Part shown: piece by piece, positions 25,401 to 40,400 of the stretch
Numbering within the stretch: the stretch's first letter is position 1
How the letters are laid out: each line of letters starts with the position of its first letter
NCBI GenBank assembly: GCA_013239625.1
Contig: MU054323.1
Coordinates: 11,865,815-11,929,814, forward strand
Source of the DNA: Lama guanicoe
Taxonomy: Eukaryota
Reading direction: 5' to 3'
DNA: 64,000 nucleotides
The notes under the pieces: generated by a model
What the model was told of the DNA's origin: nothing
The model's input: only the letters and a program-made list of their open reading frames with translations
The model's database searches: none
Position numbers and translations under genes: made by a program

Positions 25401-28400
25401 TTTGTGTCCCCTGAATCCTACAGGATGACTCTGAAATACTCACCTGACCAGGGCATGTGGTTCAGGACCTTCTGCAGTTGGACAGCATTTATTTCTGGAT
25501 GCTAGAGCAAAAGCAGAGTGGCAGGAGAAAACCGTCATTACTGAAGGGTCATTAGACACAGAGGGGCCACAGCTGAAGCGGGCTGGGAAAGGCCTCGCCC
25601 GCCCATATCCTCAGCGCAGCAAATACGCCATTTCTGGACAGAATTAGCGACATGGCGATCTCGCATGTATGGCACGGGACTAGACACATAATTAAATCTG
25701 GGATTTCATAAGCACTTCCACAACAGTTTTGAACTGGGTGTCAAGTCCAGAGCACCCCAGCAGGGCAGGACTCTTAAGAGGTAGCCTAACAGAGAGCAGT
25801 GATTCTCAAACTGGGTTCTACAGAGATGCTTCAGAAGTTCAGCAACTGGGTTTTAATTTTATTCTTGATAAAATGTCCTCTGCCAAAAGTCCAGATTTCA
25901 GTTTTAGAGTCCATAGGAAGCAACTCTTCACACAAACATTTAACTTTCACACATATTAATGAAACATAAGTACCATACATTTGGACTTAGAAAATGGATA
26001 TATATTCATAACATGCAGTTTTTATCTGTTTTGTATACATTAAGATACTCTATGAGACTGCATTTGATAAAAGGACTATAGCAGAAAACATCTGGAAACC
26101 CTTGATCTGGAGGAAAACTTCTGTAAACAACGCATGTAAGATTCTGATGTATCCTCTCTGACAACATTAAGCAAAACACCAGTGGTGAGAATGAGGGAAG
26201 ACAGAAGGGTGGACAACTGGTGAATTCAGTCAAGAGTGTTACCAACACTGGGAGCTCATGTTCCTCCAGTTTTAATGACATCACTCAGATGTCACACCCA
26301 GATGTCCTGCCCTATTCTTAAACAGATTCAGTGTCTGGCAGCTTAGGGACAGGGTCGCCCCCAAGCCCTGCACTCACATCGCTGGCCTCCTGCTGGTGGC
26401 CAGATCTGGGTCAGCCCAAGGAAAGAACTCAAAGGGATCAAGTGTGTAGCCTCCCTCCCCCCCAGCTCCCTCCGGTGACCACCCATGGGTCTTTCTCCCT
26501 GGGCTTCCCTCCCCCGGACTCCGAGGGCATGTCATGGCCAGGCTCCACCCCCTGCTCCCAACCCTGACTCTCACCTCTGCCATATTCCATTTTCTCAGGG
26601 ATTAAAATTTAATCAATGGAGCTTCCAAGGATAGTCATGCATGTTACAGGAACCTTCTGGACTCAGTGGCTTTACTCATTTGTCCAAAAACTTAAGGGCT
26701 TTAACAGAAAGTGGCAGTCTGGGGACTGGGAAGCCTTAAATCAAAATTTTTACACAGGGTTTGGCAGATGTGAACCCATCCTCCAGGGAACTGTAGGCTC
26801 CACAGTGTCCCCTGCCCCTCGCTTACCACCCCAACTGACCTTTTCAAAAAGTTTGGCGAAGAACTCATCCTGCCCTTCATTTTGGTCCACAATTTCCTAG
26901 AGGAGCAGACACACAGGAAGACTTGGTCATTCTCTGGATGAATGGACCCATGTGCACGCACTAATGGCTCACGGGTCCCTGGAATCTGTAGGTCTGACCT
27001 TGAGCACTATCTGATATTTCCTACCATAGCATTCACACACATTCCTTGTTTCTCCAGTTCTTGCTGACTTTGGGGACAGAGCAAACTGGAAGGGGCAGAA
27101 GAAACAGCAGGTGGAGAGAAACAGAAGAACGTGGAGGAGTGACCCATGCACCTGGGGCTCTGGGCCTTCAGTGCCAAGGACCTGATGGAAGGGCAGTTCT
27201 CCTGGGGCAAAAACAGCAGAACCTGGGCCCCCTTAGTGGACCATAGATACCAGAATGTGGGTACCACAGAGCAGGGTCTGTGGGATCTGGATGTGAGCGA
27301 GAAATCCACCACCCTGGGTTTATAAACAGCCTCTGTCATGTGGCATTCCACCTACAACTCACCTTAGAGAAGATGACATTTGAACGGCTGCCAATTTCAC
27401 TGGAGAAAAAGAAAGACAGAATTACTTCTTGGGGATCATCTTGGGAAGCTTTGGACCAACATTCTCCCTCGCCTGGGAACTCATCTTCCAAGCTCCTTAG
27501 CTGATGTGCTACGTGGGCCTTGCCCAGCTCTCACTCCACGCCCCCCTCCCCATGCAGCGTGCAGTCTGGCTCCCGGTCCAGCTCACGGCTTGTAGCTCCC
27601 ACACACCCCGTGCCCCTTCTCACCTCTGGGCCTTTGCTCATGCCAAGCCCTCTGCCCGGTGTGCCCTTTCCTCCCTCAACCCTCACCTAACGACCCTAGT
27701 TCGGTTAGACTATGTTAAAATTCAGCAGCCTGACAAAGAGGTGAGGCCTGAGATCAAGCCAAACAACCTATGCCCAGAACATGTAGGAAGAACTGGGTTC
27801 TAGGCGTTCAAAAGCTGGCACGTCAAAACAATCACAGGCCAAATATAGGCCTGCCTCATTTGACTGTGTTTTTTCCAAATTAAAGGTTTGGGCAACCCTG
27901 CACCTAGCAAATGTATTGGCGCTATTTATCCAACAGCATTTGCTCCCTGCACATGTTTCTGTCACATTTTGGTAATTCTCACAATATTTCACACTTTTTC
28001 ATGATTATTATATTTATTATTATATTTGTGATCTGCGATCTTTGATGTTAACTGTTGCAAAAAAATTCTAACTTGCTAAAGGTTCAGATGATGGTATTTT
28101 TTAGCAATCAGGCTTCTTAAATTAAGGTATGCACATTTTTTTTAGACCTCATGCTACTGCACACTTCATAGGCTACAATACAGTGTAAACATAATTTTTA
28201 TATGCACTGGAAAACCAAAAAATTCCTGTGAGTCTCTTTACTGCAATATTTGCTTTATTGCAGTGTCTAGAACTAAACCTGTGATATCTCTGACAAAGGC
28301 CTGTAGTAAGTTCAGCTGGGATGTGTGTGTATTGATTTGTATGAGCCTGATGGTTGATGACAGCCTCCCTCATCAGAACAACCCCTATGCATCACTTAGA

Positions 28401-31400
28401 AATCACTACCTCCCTGAAGCCTCCCCTGCTTCCCCCAGGACCATAGAAGGTTGGCTCAGCTGTTCCTCCCCGATGTTCCTCTAACACCCTGTGCAGATTA
28501 ATGCTGGCCCTGGACACAGTATAACAGAATAGCTGTTCATACATCCACGTCCTGCCCAGATTCTGAGCTCCTGGAGGTCAGGGGCCAGGCCTGTTCTAGC
28601 TTTTTCTCTCTATGTCTACAGAATGTTCATTTGTTAGAAGGAGAAAGGAGAGGAAGGCGTGAAGGATGCTCTCCGTGTAGAGAGCTGCCCTACTCTCTGG
28701 CTCACCCTACCTCTCTTCTGTGTTGGCCACGGACACCCCCATCCTCCACCATTTCCACCTCCCCCACTTCACCTCGCCGAGCGCCAGTGGACCCCAACCT
28801 CCAGGAGAGGCCTAGGCCCTTACTAAAAGACGTGCTTCCTGGAGAAGACTCTGAGGACGAAGGCAGACTCCTGGCGGGCCTCAGACGTACAGGGCACGAT
28901 GAGGTACCTCCCCGGCTCCAGCCACAGCTCCCGGCTCACTTCTTTCTCCCTGAGAAATGCCTCAGGCCAGCTCAGGGGAGCATTTTTCCAGAAGAACTCG
29001 GGGGGCAGTCTCCTCTGGTCATCATAACTCTGCAGGGGTAGGAGAGAGGGGCAGTCGAGGTGATCACCCAGGACTTGTGGCCGGGCCTGGGCCCCTTGGC
29101 CAGGTGCCAGAACTAAGATAGCCTCAGATCTGCCAAATCCAACCAGCCCCAGTGGAGGAGGTGATAAAGGAGTCAGGGGTGGAGAGAAAACACCACAACA
29201 TGTCTGGAGTGGGCACCTTTGCTGGAACCCTACGTGGGGCTGAATAAACAGACAGCAATTGATTTGATCATCCATTAAAAACAACATCATATATAACATG
29301 AGGTGAGGAATGTCACTGTGTCTGCACTTTCCAATTTACAGCTGAGGGTCTGAGGCTCAGAAAAGTTAGGTCATCTGCACAAAGTCACCCAGCAGGTAAG
29401 GGTATCAGCCAGGACTGGAATTCAGGGCAGCTGAGCTCCCATGGCCAAGTCCTTTTCACTTCCTGATGCTGCCTCCATGTCTGCGATACAATTTCAAGGC
29501 TGATTATGACATGATCATGGTCACAGATACAGACGGACCACTAGCCATCTCCTACCCACCTTGCGATAGCTCCATACAGATCAACTGGATGTTCCACCTC
29601 ATCTCAGTGAAAACAGCCTTGTGAAGGGGAGAGGGGACTGGCTCAGAGCTCAGAAGACACAAATCAGGGCTCTGGTTAGGATACTGCCCATGCGTGCATT
29701 TTGTTTTCTCTCATATTTTTACTCTCTCTTTCTCTCTCTTCCTCTCTCCTTCATTCCTGTATTTCCCCTTCTTGCCCTTTCTCTCTGGCTTCCTCTCCCC
29801 TTTATTCTCATGAGGGCTGAAGAGGGAGAGGAGTTCCATGTGGGAGATGCAGACAGCTGCTGATAAAGACATTACCCACCACATAAAGACGTTTTGCAGA
29901 TTCTGCTCAGGGCTGGGGAAACAAAATGTATCTCCTGATGATAAACGCTTTCTTTTATCAGACTAGGAGAACTAGAGAGTCATCTCATTGCCATCTTTGC
30001 CCTGGCTGCCAGGAATCTCAGAACTTAATTTTATAATCAGCTATAGTAGCTGTTCTTGACTTAGTGTTCCTGGCAGAATTAATGGCTCTCCTACCCCTCA
30101 TCAACTTATAACTTTTTTTCCTGCCTTTTGAATTTTGTAACTGGTTCATAGTTTTGCTCTGTTTATACTTTTTATTGTCAGTTGACCCAAATTCTATTTA
30201 GGAGAGGTGTGATATAAATAACTTTTTCTTTTAAAATTTATTAATAGGCAATTAATAAACTTTGGGAGCACTCAGTGTTCCCTCAGGAGGGGAAAAAATG
30301 TCGACCCAAGACACCCAGTGCAAATGGTTTCTTTATAAAAATGCTCTTACTCAATTCAGTCCAATCTAAGACAGTTGTTTTTCACTCCTGTTTTCTTTGG
30401 GCAACAAAATAGTAGCTGCCATCCTTCAGAGGCTGGGATATCTCAGGTCTTCTTAACTGACCCCTCGAGGCCACCACAGCAGCTGAAACACAGAGCTGTT
30501 CTTGCCCTCTGCCCATGTTTCTGTTTCATTTCCCAAGCCTTTGTCCCTTGTTCCCTAGGAGGTGGGCTGCATGGTCGCCTGATGTCCCATATGTTAGAGA
30601 TCTATTTTATTACAGGCTTCATGACTCAGGCAAGATTGTGATTTATAGTTCCTCCTATGCTGTGACAGTTTTCAATATTAGCCCTAGGTATTTATGTAGG
30701 GATTTAATACATTCTAAAATTTATTGGCTCTGCATCAGGCTCAGACCTCCCTAGGGAAGCTTAAGGACTTTGGTGGGGTTCGCGGAAGGTGGGGGGGGTC
30801 CTTGGATAAAAATAGGCCAGTGGATGCTCTTCCACACACACAGGCAGCTGGCATTATCATCAGACATCCTCGTAGCTCCTTGCATAAGGCTGCTGCAGTC
30901 AAACTGAACCTGCCACATGGGACACCACTCCCAGCCAGGACCAGCTGGTCAGGTGTGGAACTCACCTTGTTCATCTAAAAAACAAAACAGAGAGGCCTCA
31001 TTAGGCAGTGAATCCAGCTCTTTCACAAGCACAAACTCTAATGGAGGCAGATATCTAAGAAGACTCTACCCAGAGGCCCCTTCTCCTCCCTCAAAACTTG
31101 CTGTTCTGGTTGGTGACATTTTAATCCATCATCAGAAATTCTAGAAAGGGTGAGGGAAGGTAAGCTTGGCTTCTGGAGAGGGGCAGAGGGAACCAGAATT
31201 GACTGTACCAACTGTGTGCTGGGCACAATGAGAAGCACCGCTTATCCCCGCTTTATGGATGGAGAAACTGATGCTCAAATACAAGGTGGTGACTTGTTCT
31301 AGATCACATATTCCCAAGGGACAGAGCTAGGATTTGCAGGCGTGGTAGACAGAGAAGGAGGTGGGTAGGCAGACATGGATGGTGAAGTGGACAAGAAACA

Positions 31401-34400
31401 GGAAGGCAGGATAAGGGCTGGGGACCCCACGTGAAGCTGCGGGCGCCAGACGCCCACCTACCCTGAAGAGGTAGAAGCCAATGGCGAGGTGCGGCTGCTG
31501 GTTGCGGTGCCGGTGCCTGGGCTTCTGGAGCAGAGACACCAGCACGCTGCAGGGCCCCTGGAGCTTCCTGCCCTCCTGGGGCCTCCAGACGGACAGCAGG
31601 AACTGTGGGTTCTTCCAAAATGTGTCTGGGATGGAACACAGCAAGGTGAGACAGGCTCCCCCAGCATCCCGCTCACCACACCAGGAGAGGAGCCCAGACA
31701 CAGGGCACCTGTCCCAGGATTCCCACCCGAGGTCCATCCAGACAGAGCCAAGGTCTCTTCCACCTCAGCTCTGTCCCCTCCCACCCACCACCTCCACCTC
31801 AGGTTCTTCTCTGGACACACGAACAAGAGTTAGTCTTACCACTGTGGCCCTCTGCCCAGCGCACGGCCTGGCATAGACTTCGCGCCCCATATGACTGGCT
31901 GCCTGAGTCAGTGACTGTGTTGACTAATTGAAGGGAACCATGCCCGGGATCCCAGAGGAGCTGCACTTTAACAGGGACCATGCCTTAGCTTATGGACAGC
32001 TTCAGCCGTTAGGGGGCAATGCTTGGGGGAAGGGCAGCCAGAACTAAGGCTGCCCTGGCCCTGCTGAGATCATACCTTCCAAATCCTTCCTCCCAGAGAT
32101 GGCTCACTGCCTCCATTGTGGGGAAGGGAACATGGTCCCGGAAACTCTCCACCTAGAGAATGTGTCCACGGTCATCTCCTAGTGACCTGGTGACCTTGGA
32201 GTCCTTGCTCTTGTTTCTCTACCAAACTCTAGGTAAGGAGGGCTGATATGATACAAATGCCCTTTTAAGCCTGCCTGTTATGGGGTGGTCACTTCAGCAT
32301 ATCAGTGGCCTTGTCCCCAAGCCACAGAAAGATGGAACCCACCCTTCTACTATGCATGTGTGCCTGTGGCCTCATGCTGCTGATTAGGAAAGGGAATTCT
32401 CTGGAAAGATGCACCCCTAAGGGAGTTTTACGCCTTTGTGCAAATTAGGACAAAGTTGCCTCATCTTGCAGGGGGACACAGCCCAGGGCCAGAGACACAG
32501 CTTAGCCAGCAGAGCCCTGGGCAGGGCACCAGCGGCACAGCCACCCGCAGTGGCTCTGCCCACAGCCCCACCCTTGACTGGAAAACTGCCACGTTAGGCC
32601 CAAGAACCCCTGGCCCCTCTGCACACACTCACCTTGGGGTGACTTCATCTGGCCACCAGCCGTGGTCCCCTTCTCCCATCTCCCCTCCAGCATGGTATAC
32701 GACCACTTCTGGCCCACCTCCTGACTCAGTAGGCCTGGGCTCAGTTTACAGATGACCAGAAGCATGAAGTGTGCTTTAAAGTCCCGCAGTGACATCCTGT
32801 GCAGAGGGAAAGGGGACAGTGCAGAGATGAAGGAGGTGACATCTCATCAGGACCAAAGGGGAGGCTGCAACTAAGCACTGGGCATGCCAGCCCTCTCTCA
32901 GACCAGGGCCCCATCCTCCACGCCCTGTGCAGAGCTGAGCTGGCTTTGGACCCCTGAGAATTGGGCTGGCTGGACCAGTGTAAGGGCCCATCACGGGGAG
33001 GTGATGCTACCGAGAAACCCCATCCCATGGCTAGAGGCAGCCTCCAACAACAGCTGCCTGGGGGAAATGATCCTGTTTCACTGATGGTGGGGGTAAAGTG
33101 GAATTGAGGCGTTCATCACTAGTCAACTGACTTATAAATGTTCAATGAGAATTGCAGAAACCAGTTCCCAATCATATAAAAATCTGCACCAGCTCCTGGC
33201 AAACATCGTGACCTGACGTATAGGCTGTCTGAACCAGCTGACTCTCAGTTTACTCTCTGTAACCTGGAAATAGTAGTACCTGCAGGGCTCTTGAGTTCAG
33301 TGACCACTTCAGGAGAGACAGAGAGCCGCAGCAGTCTGAAAAGGATGGGTGCGGGGAGAAGAGGGGGCCATGGGGACAGGGTGGAAGTTAATAGTAAGGG
33401 CGGAAAGTGGACAAGACAGAGAACAGGTGGGTCTCATGTCAGAAGCAGCATCAGCTGAGGTGTCTGGTGACCTTTCACAAAAAGGGGTAAGAGGCTTCGG
33501 GGTGGATAGGAGGGGCGCTCTTTGGCTCTGGAGGGCACAGGCGCAGTGGCTTAGGAAGGGCAACTCCGGGATCGAGCATACTGAGTGACACAACAGAGCC
33601 CAGTGGAAGCTGGAAAGGAGGGGGCGGCCACACCCCAACGCCCTGCATTGAGTGCCCGCTGAGCTCCATGCTGGGGGTCACCACTGTGATTGTTTGCCCT
33701 GTTAGACTGTGAGCCCCGAAGGGTCTTCCTGATGTCTATAGAAGAGATGCCTGGCATACATAAGGCACCCTGTAAATGTTTGCTGGGTGGATATTCTAAT
33801 TTAGGCTAGGGCACGTGCCCCAAGTCCCCGAGTCGAATACCAGAATTCTCCATCATCTTCTTTTCTCAGTAGCAGAATCTTCTCCTTGGGGCTCAGTAGC
33901 TCCCATGTCCTTGAGCTGAAACAGGAACATTTTTATGAGGAACAAAAAGATTGTGAAGGACATGCAAGAATTTCTTCCAGTAAATTCTCCTCGTCTTTAT
34001 GCTGCTTGTAGGCAAATAAATCTCACATCCTCTATTAGAAAAGCAACATGTGGTGATGTTAATTCATCACTTCCTCTGAGACAAGCTCTGGGCTAGGCTC
34101 TTGATGTACTTACTTTCATTTAAGGCTAACAACAACTTAACAAAGTAGGGGGTTTTACTGCCATTTTAGAGATTGGGAAACTGAGGTGGAAAGCGATTCG
34201 GTCACTTGCTTGAAGTCACAAGGTGATTAAATGTCAGAGCTAGCCCTGAGTATGCTGCCATTGCTTGTATTTTCACAGTCCACATTTTTGGATTTCTATT
34301 TCCGGCCATAAAGGAGTAAAGCTTTCTTGTATCACTTCCCCCACGATAAAGTTAAAAATGGGACAACATATAAGAAGCAACTGTTTCTGGACCTTAGACA

Positions 34401-37400
34401 GCAGGAAGCACAGGCGTGTGACCGCAAGAGGAGGGAAACAAATGAAGTAAGCCTTAACGCTGCCGAGACTCCTGCCTGAAACTAGTCCCTGGACAGTGAT
34501 GCAGGCAAGTGGACCCGAAGAGAGCCTAGCAGTCCTGCCGAGGGGAGGAGACAGAGCCTGAAGTTCAGGGAGGACAAGACAGCTAGAATTTGCTGGGGAG
34601 AGTGCCCAAGATGAGGGGGCTGCACAAAGAAGGCACTCCAGAGAACTTCATCAGGGTTCCCTTAAGTCTTTGTCTAAAATAAAATCTGTGCAGACATAAA
34701 GTGAAACCCCACAAGGCTGGACTGTACCCAGAGCAATTCCCAGAGCTGACACCAGGCTGGAAATCATTTGCACACCCACTAGCCAGAGTCAAAAGACCTT
34801 ACTGCACACATGGGGTTTTTAGCACAGAACCCAGAGGGTCTGCACCTTAGTAGTGGTGGTTTTTCTAGATCTTTCCCAAAAGAAAACTTCAAAGCATCAA
34901 TATGATCCCTAAGCAACTACCTGCCAGAAAAAGCTCAAAGTTCTTTAAAGGAATACAACAAAATTCAGCACTCAGAAACTTAAATTCACAGTGTCCAGCA
35001 TCCAATAAAAAATTACTGTGCATATGAAGAAGCAGAAAATGTGATCCATGATCAAGATTATAAATAGATCTAGAAATACGAGAGACATGATGGCATTAGC
35101 AGTTACAGACATTAAAACACCGATTATAACTATGTACCACTTTCTCTAGAATGTAAAGGAAACTATGAACATGATAAGGAAAAAAGTAAAAGATATTCTC
35201 AAATGGAATCTCTAGAATTGAAAAATATAATATCTAAAATGAAATATCCTCTGGATGAGACTAACAGCAGATGAGACTGTGGGATAAAGCCCACTGTTTT
35301 CCTTAACCCTTATCACACCCTGGCTCAAAGAAGGCAAGAAGCTTGCCTAAGATCACAAGGCTAACCAAGTTAATTTAACCCAACATCTTTCTCAAATGCA
35401 AGCATGTGTTCTAAAAAGACATTCACTACCAACAACATTATGATTTCCCTAATACTTTAAAATGTATATATATATATATATATATATATATCTTTGGATA
35501 TCATTTTTTCCACATAGACCCAGTCCCTCTGACAACCCTCTTTATTAATGTATAATAAACAGAGTGCAGTACATTCTATCAGGAGTAAAATTTAACTGAC
35601 TTTTCTGAGCCTTCATTTTTTCATCTATAACAATGATTAAGTGATAACGTATATGTGAAAATGCTTGTGTACGCTAAAGTGTGATGGGGAGTGATGTAGA
35701 GGTAAGTGTTATAAGTCTTCACAGCCAGAGGGAGACAGACGGTAGCACTTAGTCTGCCTTTTTGCCCAACAGCCAGTCCGTAGCCTGTAAAGCCCGCATC
35801 CCTTTGGAGTTGATTTCAGGCAGAAACAATCAGAATACCCAGAGGCTGTTGTTATGTAGGGGTGAATCTGGATCTGTCTACCTCTGACTCAGCCAGCCCA
35901 CGAGGGCCCTGAGCCGTGCCAGGGAAAGGACGGGGACTAGATGCCAAGGACCTTGCTGAGTCATGCTGTGCAACCTTAGGGAGTTCACTCAATCTAAGCA
36001 TCAGTTTCTTCATCAGTAAAATGGAGATAAAATTACCTGCCCTATAATAGCGTTGTTTGGAGGATTAGATGAGATACTAGAAATCCAAAAGGCTTAGCAC
36101 AGTGCTAGCAAGTTCTCAGTAAACATTAGCTTTGATTATTATAATGAATGATAAAACAATCCATGTGCTTAAACATCTTATAAATGTGAGAATATATAAC
36201 TGAATCACTTTGCTGTACCCCTGAAATGAACACAACACGGTAAGTCAACTACACTTAGATAAAATAATAATAATAATTATAAACATGAGGGAATTGACCG
36301 TCACAGTCTGGAAGCTTTCCTGATCCAGCCCGAGGCCAAAAAGAATGCATTTGAACTTGTGTGCTGATGGCAACTTCCTTAGCCGACTCCGCTGGCCCCA
36401 CCCTCACCCCTCCCAGCCAGCCTAAAAAGCTCACCTGTCACTCCAGTCTCCTTTCCATTCCACCTTCCCCCAGGGGTTCCGCAGCTTGACCAGATACTCA
36501 GGTCCATGTTTGGAGGTCACCTGCATAAAATGAGAACCAGTTCAGGTGGCTGGGCTGAGTGCCAACTGCAAATGTTGCAGATACCAGGGTGAGATTCCTG
36601 CCTGCAGATGAAACCTTGAAATGAAAGACCAAAGGCCCTGGGAGTTGGTAGAGGAGAAAATGGCTCTGCTACTTCCTAGCTGTGAGACCTAAGGCAAGTT
36701 ACTTAAGCTCTCTGTATCTGCTTCCTGATCTGCACAAGGAAGCTAATAATCACATCTACTGCAGTGAGTTGAATGGGAGCCTCCTCCAAAGATCAGTCTA
36801 CCTAGGTCAATGTCAATGTGATCCTATCTGTAAAAAGGGTCTTCCTTCGCGGATGTAATCATGTTAAGGGTCTTGAGATGGAATCAACCTGGATCAGGGC
36901 AGGTCCTAAAGCCAATGACAAATGTCTTTACAAAAGAAAAGAAGAGGCCAGACACAGAGGAGACGGACATGTGAAAATGGAAGCAAAGACTGGAGCTGTG
37001 CATCCCAAGCTCAGGAATGCTGGGAGCCACTATGAGCCAGAAGAAGCTCAGAAGAATTCTTTCCTAGAGCTGTCGGAGGGAGAACAGCATTAACGATGCC
37101 TTGACTTCAGACTTCGGGCCTTAAAAATGAACTGAAAGAATAAATTTCTGTAGCTTTAAGCCTCCCAATTTGTGGCAATTTGTTACAGCAGCCCTCCTCA
37201 AAGGACCATTGTGAGGCTTAAGAAAGATAACGCTGGTAAAGCAGGTAAAGATAGTACTTAGCACACAGTGAGGGCTAAATCTTGTTAAATAATTTTGTTA
37301 AATAAATGTGTACATAGAAATATTAACAAAATAAAATTTTGTTAAATAAATATGAAAATAAATTAAAAGTTCTTGGCACACACACAAACATGACTGATGG

Positions 37401-40400
37401 AAAGAAATGTGGGAGGATGAAGTCAGGTGTGAATGGAGTTGAAAAATGTGAAACAGAGTTAAAGGGAACTGGAGGACTTTGGGGAAGCCATGTGCACCAG
37501 AGACCAGCAGAGACTCTTTCAGGTTCAACCTACTGATTCCTTATTTCCATGCTTTGTTCCTGCGGCTCCCTCCATCAGGAATGGCCCTTCCCCCCTCACA
37601 CAAATCTACCCATCTTTCAGGGGCCAGCTCAATGGCACCTCCTCTATAAAGCTGTTTCTGATTTCCCCCCAAACCAACCAGGTGAATGTCTTCTCTCCTC
37701 CCTCTGAACTCCCAAAGCCTTTCATCATTGCTCCCTTCTTTCAGTTTCTACTTTGCGTCCCCACCAATTTCAAATATGGTTTGCCTCCGTACTTGTGATT
37801 TGTAAGCTCTTTGTAGGCAAGGTCTCTGTCTGCTTCAACTTTCTCTCAATGTTTAGTAGAGCTCAAAAGGTGGACAGCAACGGAAGGAAACTAGGAGAGG
37901 GTTGAAAAGGAGCATGTGAGAAATAAGCAGGAATTTGGAGGGAAAACCCAGATAGAAAAGCTATCATTGGCAGCCCAGGGTGAAGTGAAGGTCAAAGCAG
38001 GGTTGTGAGGTACAGCAGGCTGATTGGATGGGGTGGGGGAGGTGGCCGAGGCAGGATCCACCCTTCACCCCAGAGAAGAGGCACAGAGGTAAGGGAGCCC
38101 ACCACCTGCTTTGGCAGGTCCAGCAGAGAATTCATCCCCTAGACTGGGCAGAGATGATAGCATCCACCGAGATGAGACAAAGCCTTGGCAAGAAGTCCCT
38201 GGAGAGAAGGGAGAGGCTGCAGCGAGACAAAGGGGCCTGGTTCCACCCACCTTCCTGATCCCCGTGAGAGTGTAGGCATGGCCGTCCACAAGACCGTTCT
38301 CCAGCACCCTCTCCTTCTGTAGAGACCAGAGAGCTCTCCTCAGTCCTCTGCTGCGGTCAGCTTATGTGGGGGTTGGGGGACCTGTTCGACTGGAGTGAGG
38401 GCTTATGGGGAGGGGGTGGGAGAGACCCACGCTGTGTTTTCCTCACAATTTTCAAAGCTCTTCAGCACCCACTCTCATCTGAGCCTTTCAAGAAGTCAGG
38501 GTGCCATTCTGCACTGATTATCACCCCAGTTTACAGAGGGCAACTCAGATTCAGAGCTGCTAAGTCATGTGTGAGGTTGTCAGGGGAGGCAGGGTTCTTG
38601 TCTGTTATTAAATTAGACAGCCAAGGCTAGCAGTGCTGGTAAATTGCCCTGCATGCGGTTGACACTTAAGAATTGTTAGCTTTCCTTTCTGTACGCCATC
38701 TGTATTCTACTGTGGTCTCGCCTACGCAGAGGGCTCAGCTCTGCTGTTCTAGTTTGAACATCCGGACTCTGGGTGCGGGAGCTGGTGGAGTCTGGGGGCC
38801 CACAGTGAGGAGAGGAGCAGCTGGTGGATGAGGGGGAAGGGGACCAGCAGGGGAGGAGGACATCCTGCCAGTGCCCAGCCCAGTCTCACCCCTGAGTGGG
38901 TCTGGCAGCCAATGAGGGTTCTGCTGTAGGTCGCTTGGGTTAGGATGTCCCAGAGGTTATCAGGGGCTTCTGCCAGTTTGATGGTCACTGTCACCCCTCC
39001 GGTGAAGTCCACCAGGGCTTCAGACACCTGCCCACGCTGCAAGTCTTCATAGGAGCCAGAGAGCCTGCCCAGGGAAGGAATAAACATGGGATAAGGGAAG
39101 GGTGATTACACTGTGGCCAGGGATGGGCCACACAAGTCCAGTGAATCCCCTGCCTGGTTATCCCCACGTCACATGTCTGCTATTCCTTCCTTCTATCCCA
39201 GGGGCAAAAAAGAAAATACACATTTAGAGTTTCCATCTCTATTAAACAACTCCATCCATTAGGGACAGGCAAGATTCCTGAAGCTTGCTCCCATGGGGCG
39301 ACCCTTACATGTGTCACTTCTATATTTGCTGAGATGGGCCTCAATATCTCACTTGATGAACTCTGCCTGCCTCCTCTTGCCCTCCCTCAACATTGACGAG
39401 AGGGAGACAGAGACAGAGAGGAGGGAAGGGCTGGGAAGGAAAGGGGGAAGGTTTCTGGTGGTTGCCTTACTTAGCATAGGCCTTTTCCAGAAGAGCTCCC
39501 CAGAACAAGTTCTTGTAGGTGGAAGACACAAAGACCAGCTGGCCGGCCTCATTCACGGGCAGTCGGTCATCAACCACCACTGGAACCCACTTCCCGAAGT
39601 GCCAGAACTGGAAGGAGAGAGCGCCCTCTGGTGAGCAAGGACTCCCGTGGAGGGTGGTCAGCCCAGAAAGCAAGGATGTGACTCTTCCAGGAACCCTCTT
39701 TCCTAAGGCCTCCTGCAGGCTAGGGCACCAGAAGGACACTCACCCAGAACTGGAAGATGCCAGCATACTTCTCAGTAAAACTCTGATTCAAAGGAACGAC
39801 GCGACTCAGGATGTCCTGGTGCAAAGTCAGAGCTTCCAAAGCCGCCAAGAACCAGCAGTCGCCTAAGCCAGACAGCACACAGTATGCACATGAATCCACT
39901 GTACAGGCACGTCCAGGACTCAAGTGTCTGCATGGACGTACGGGACAGGTGTGCATGTGCTACAAGTGGCTGCGTGAATCTTCTGAGGACTTACTGCATA
40001 CAGGAAATGCCTGGTCTCAAGTGCTATCCTCCCTGGGCTTGTAACCCAGTTTAGGAGAAGAGGATTATATCCCAGGGAGAAAGATGGTAAGTGAGCAGAG
40101 TAGGGGGTGGGCAACATTGTCTGGAACCCAGACTTGACACCAAGAACCGAACCATATTTCTGGACCAGCTTTTAGCTTCCAGAATGCCCCCACATCAGGA
40201 ACTTGGACCCAAACACAACCAAACTTTTCTAAGTCCTGCTTCTGTAACTGATTTATGGTCTTCTGAGAAAGCCTCAACCCTCTGGACTCCTTTCTGTGTC
40301 TGTGAAATGGGTATCACTACACAAGTGCATTCCCTTACGGCCAAGAGTTTTTTCTATTCCTCTAAAAAGAAAGTTATGTTGAAGGCAGGTCTGCTTGGAT

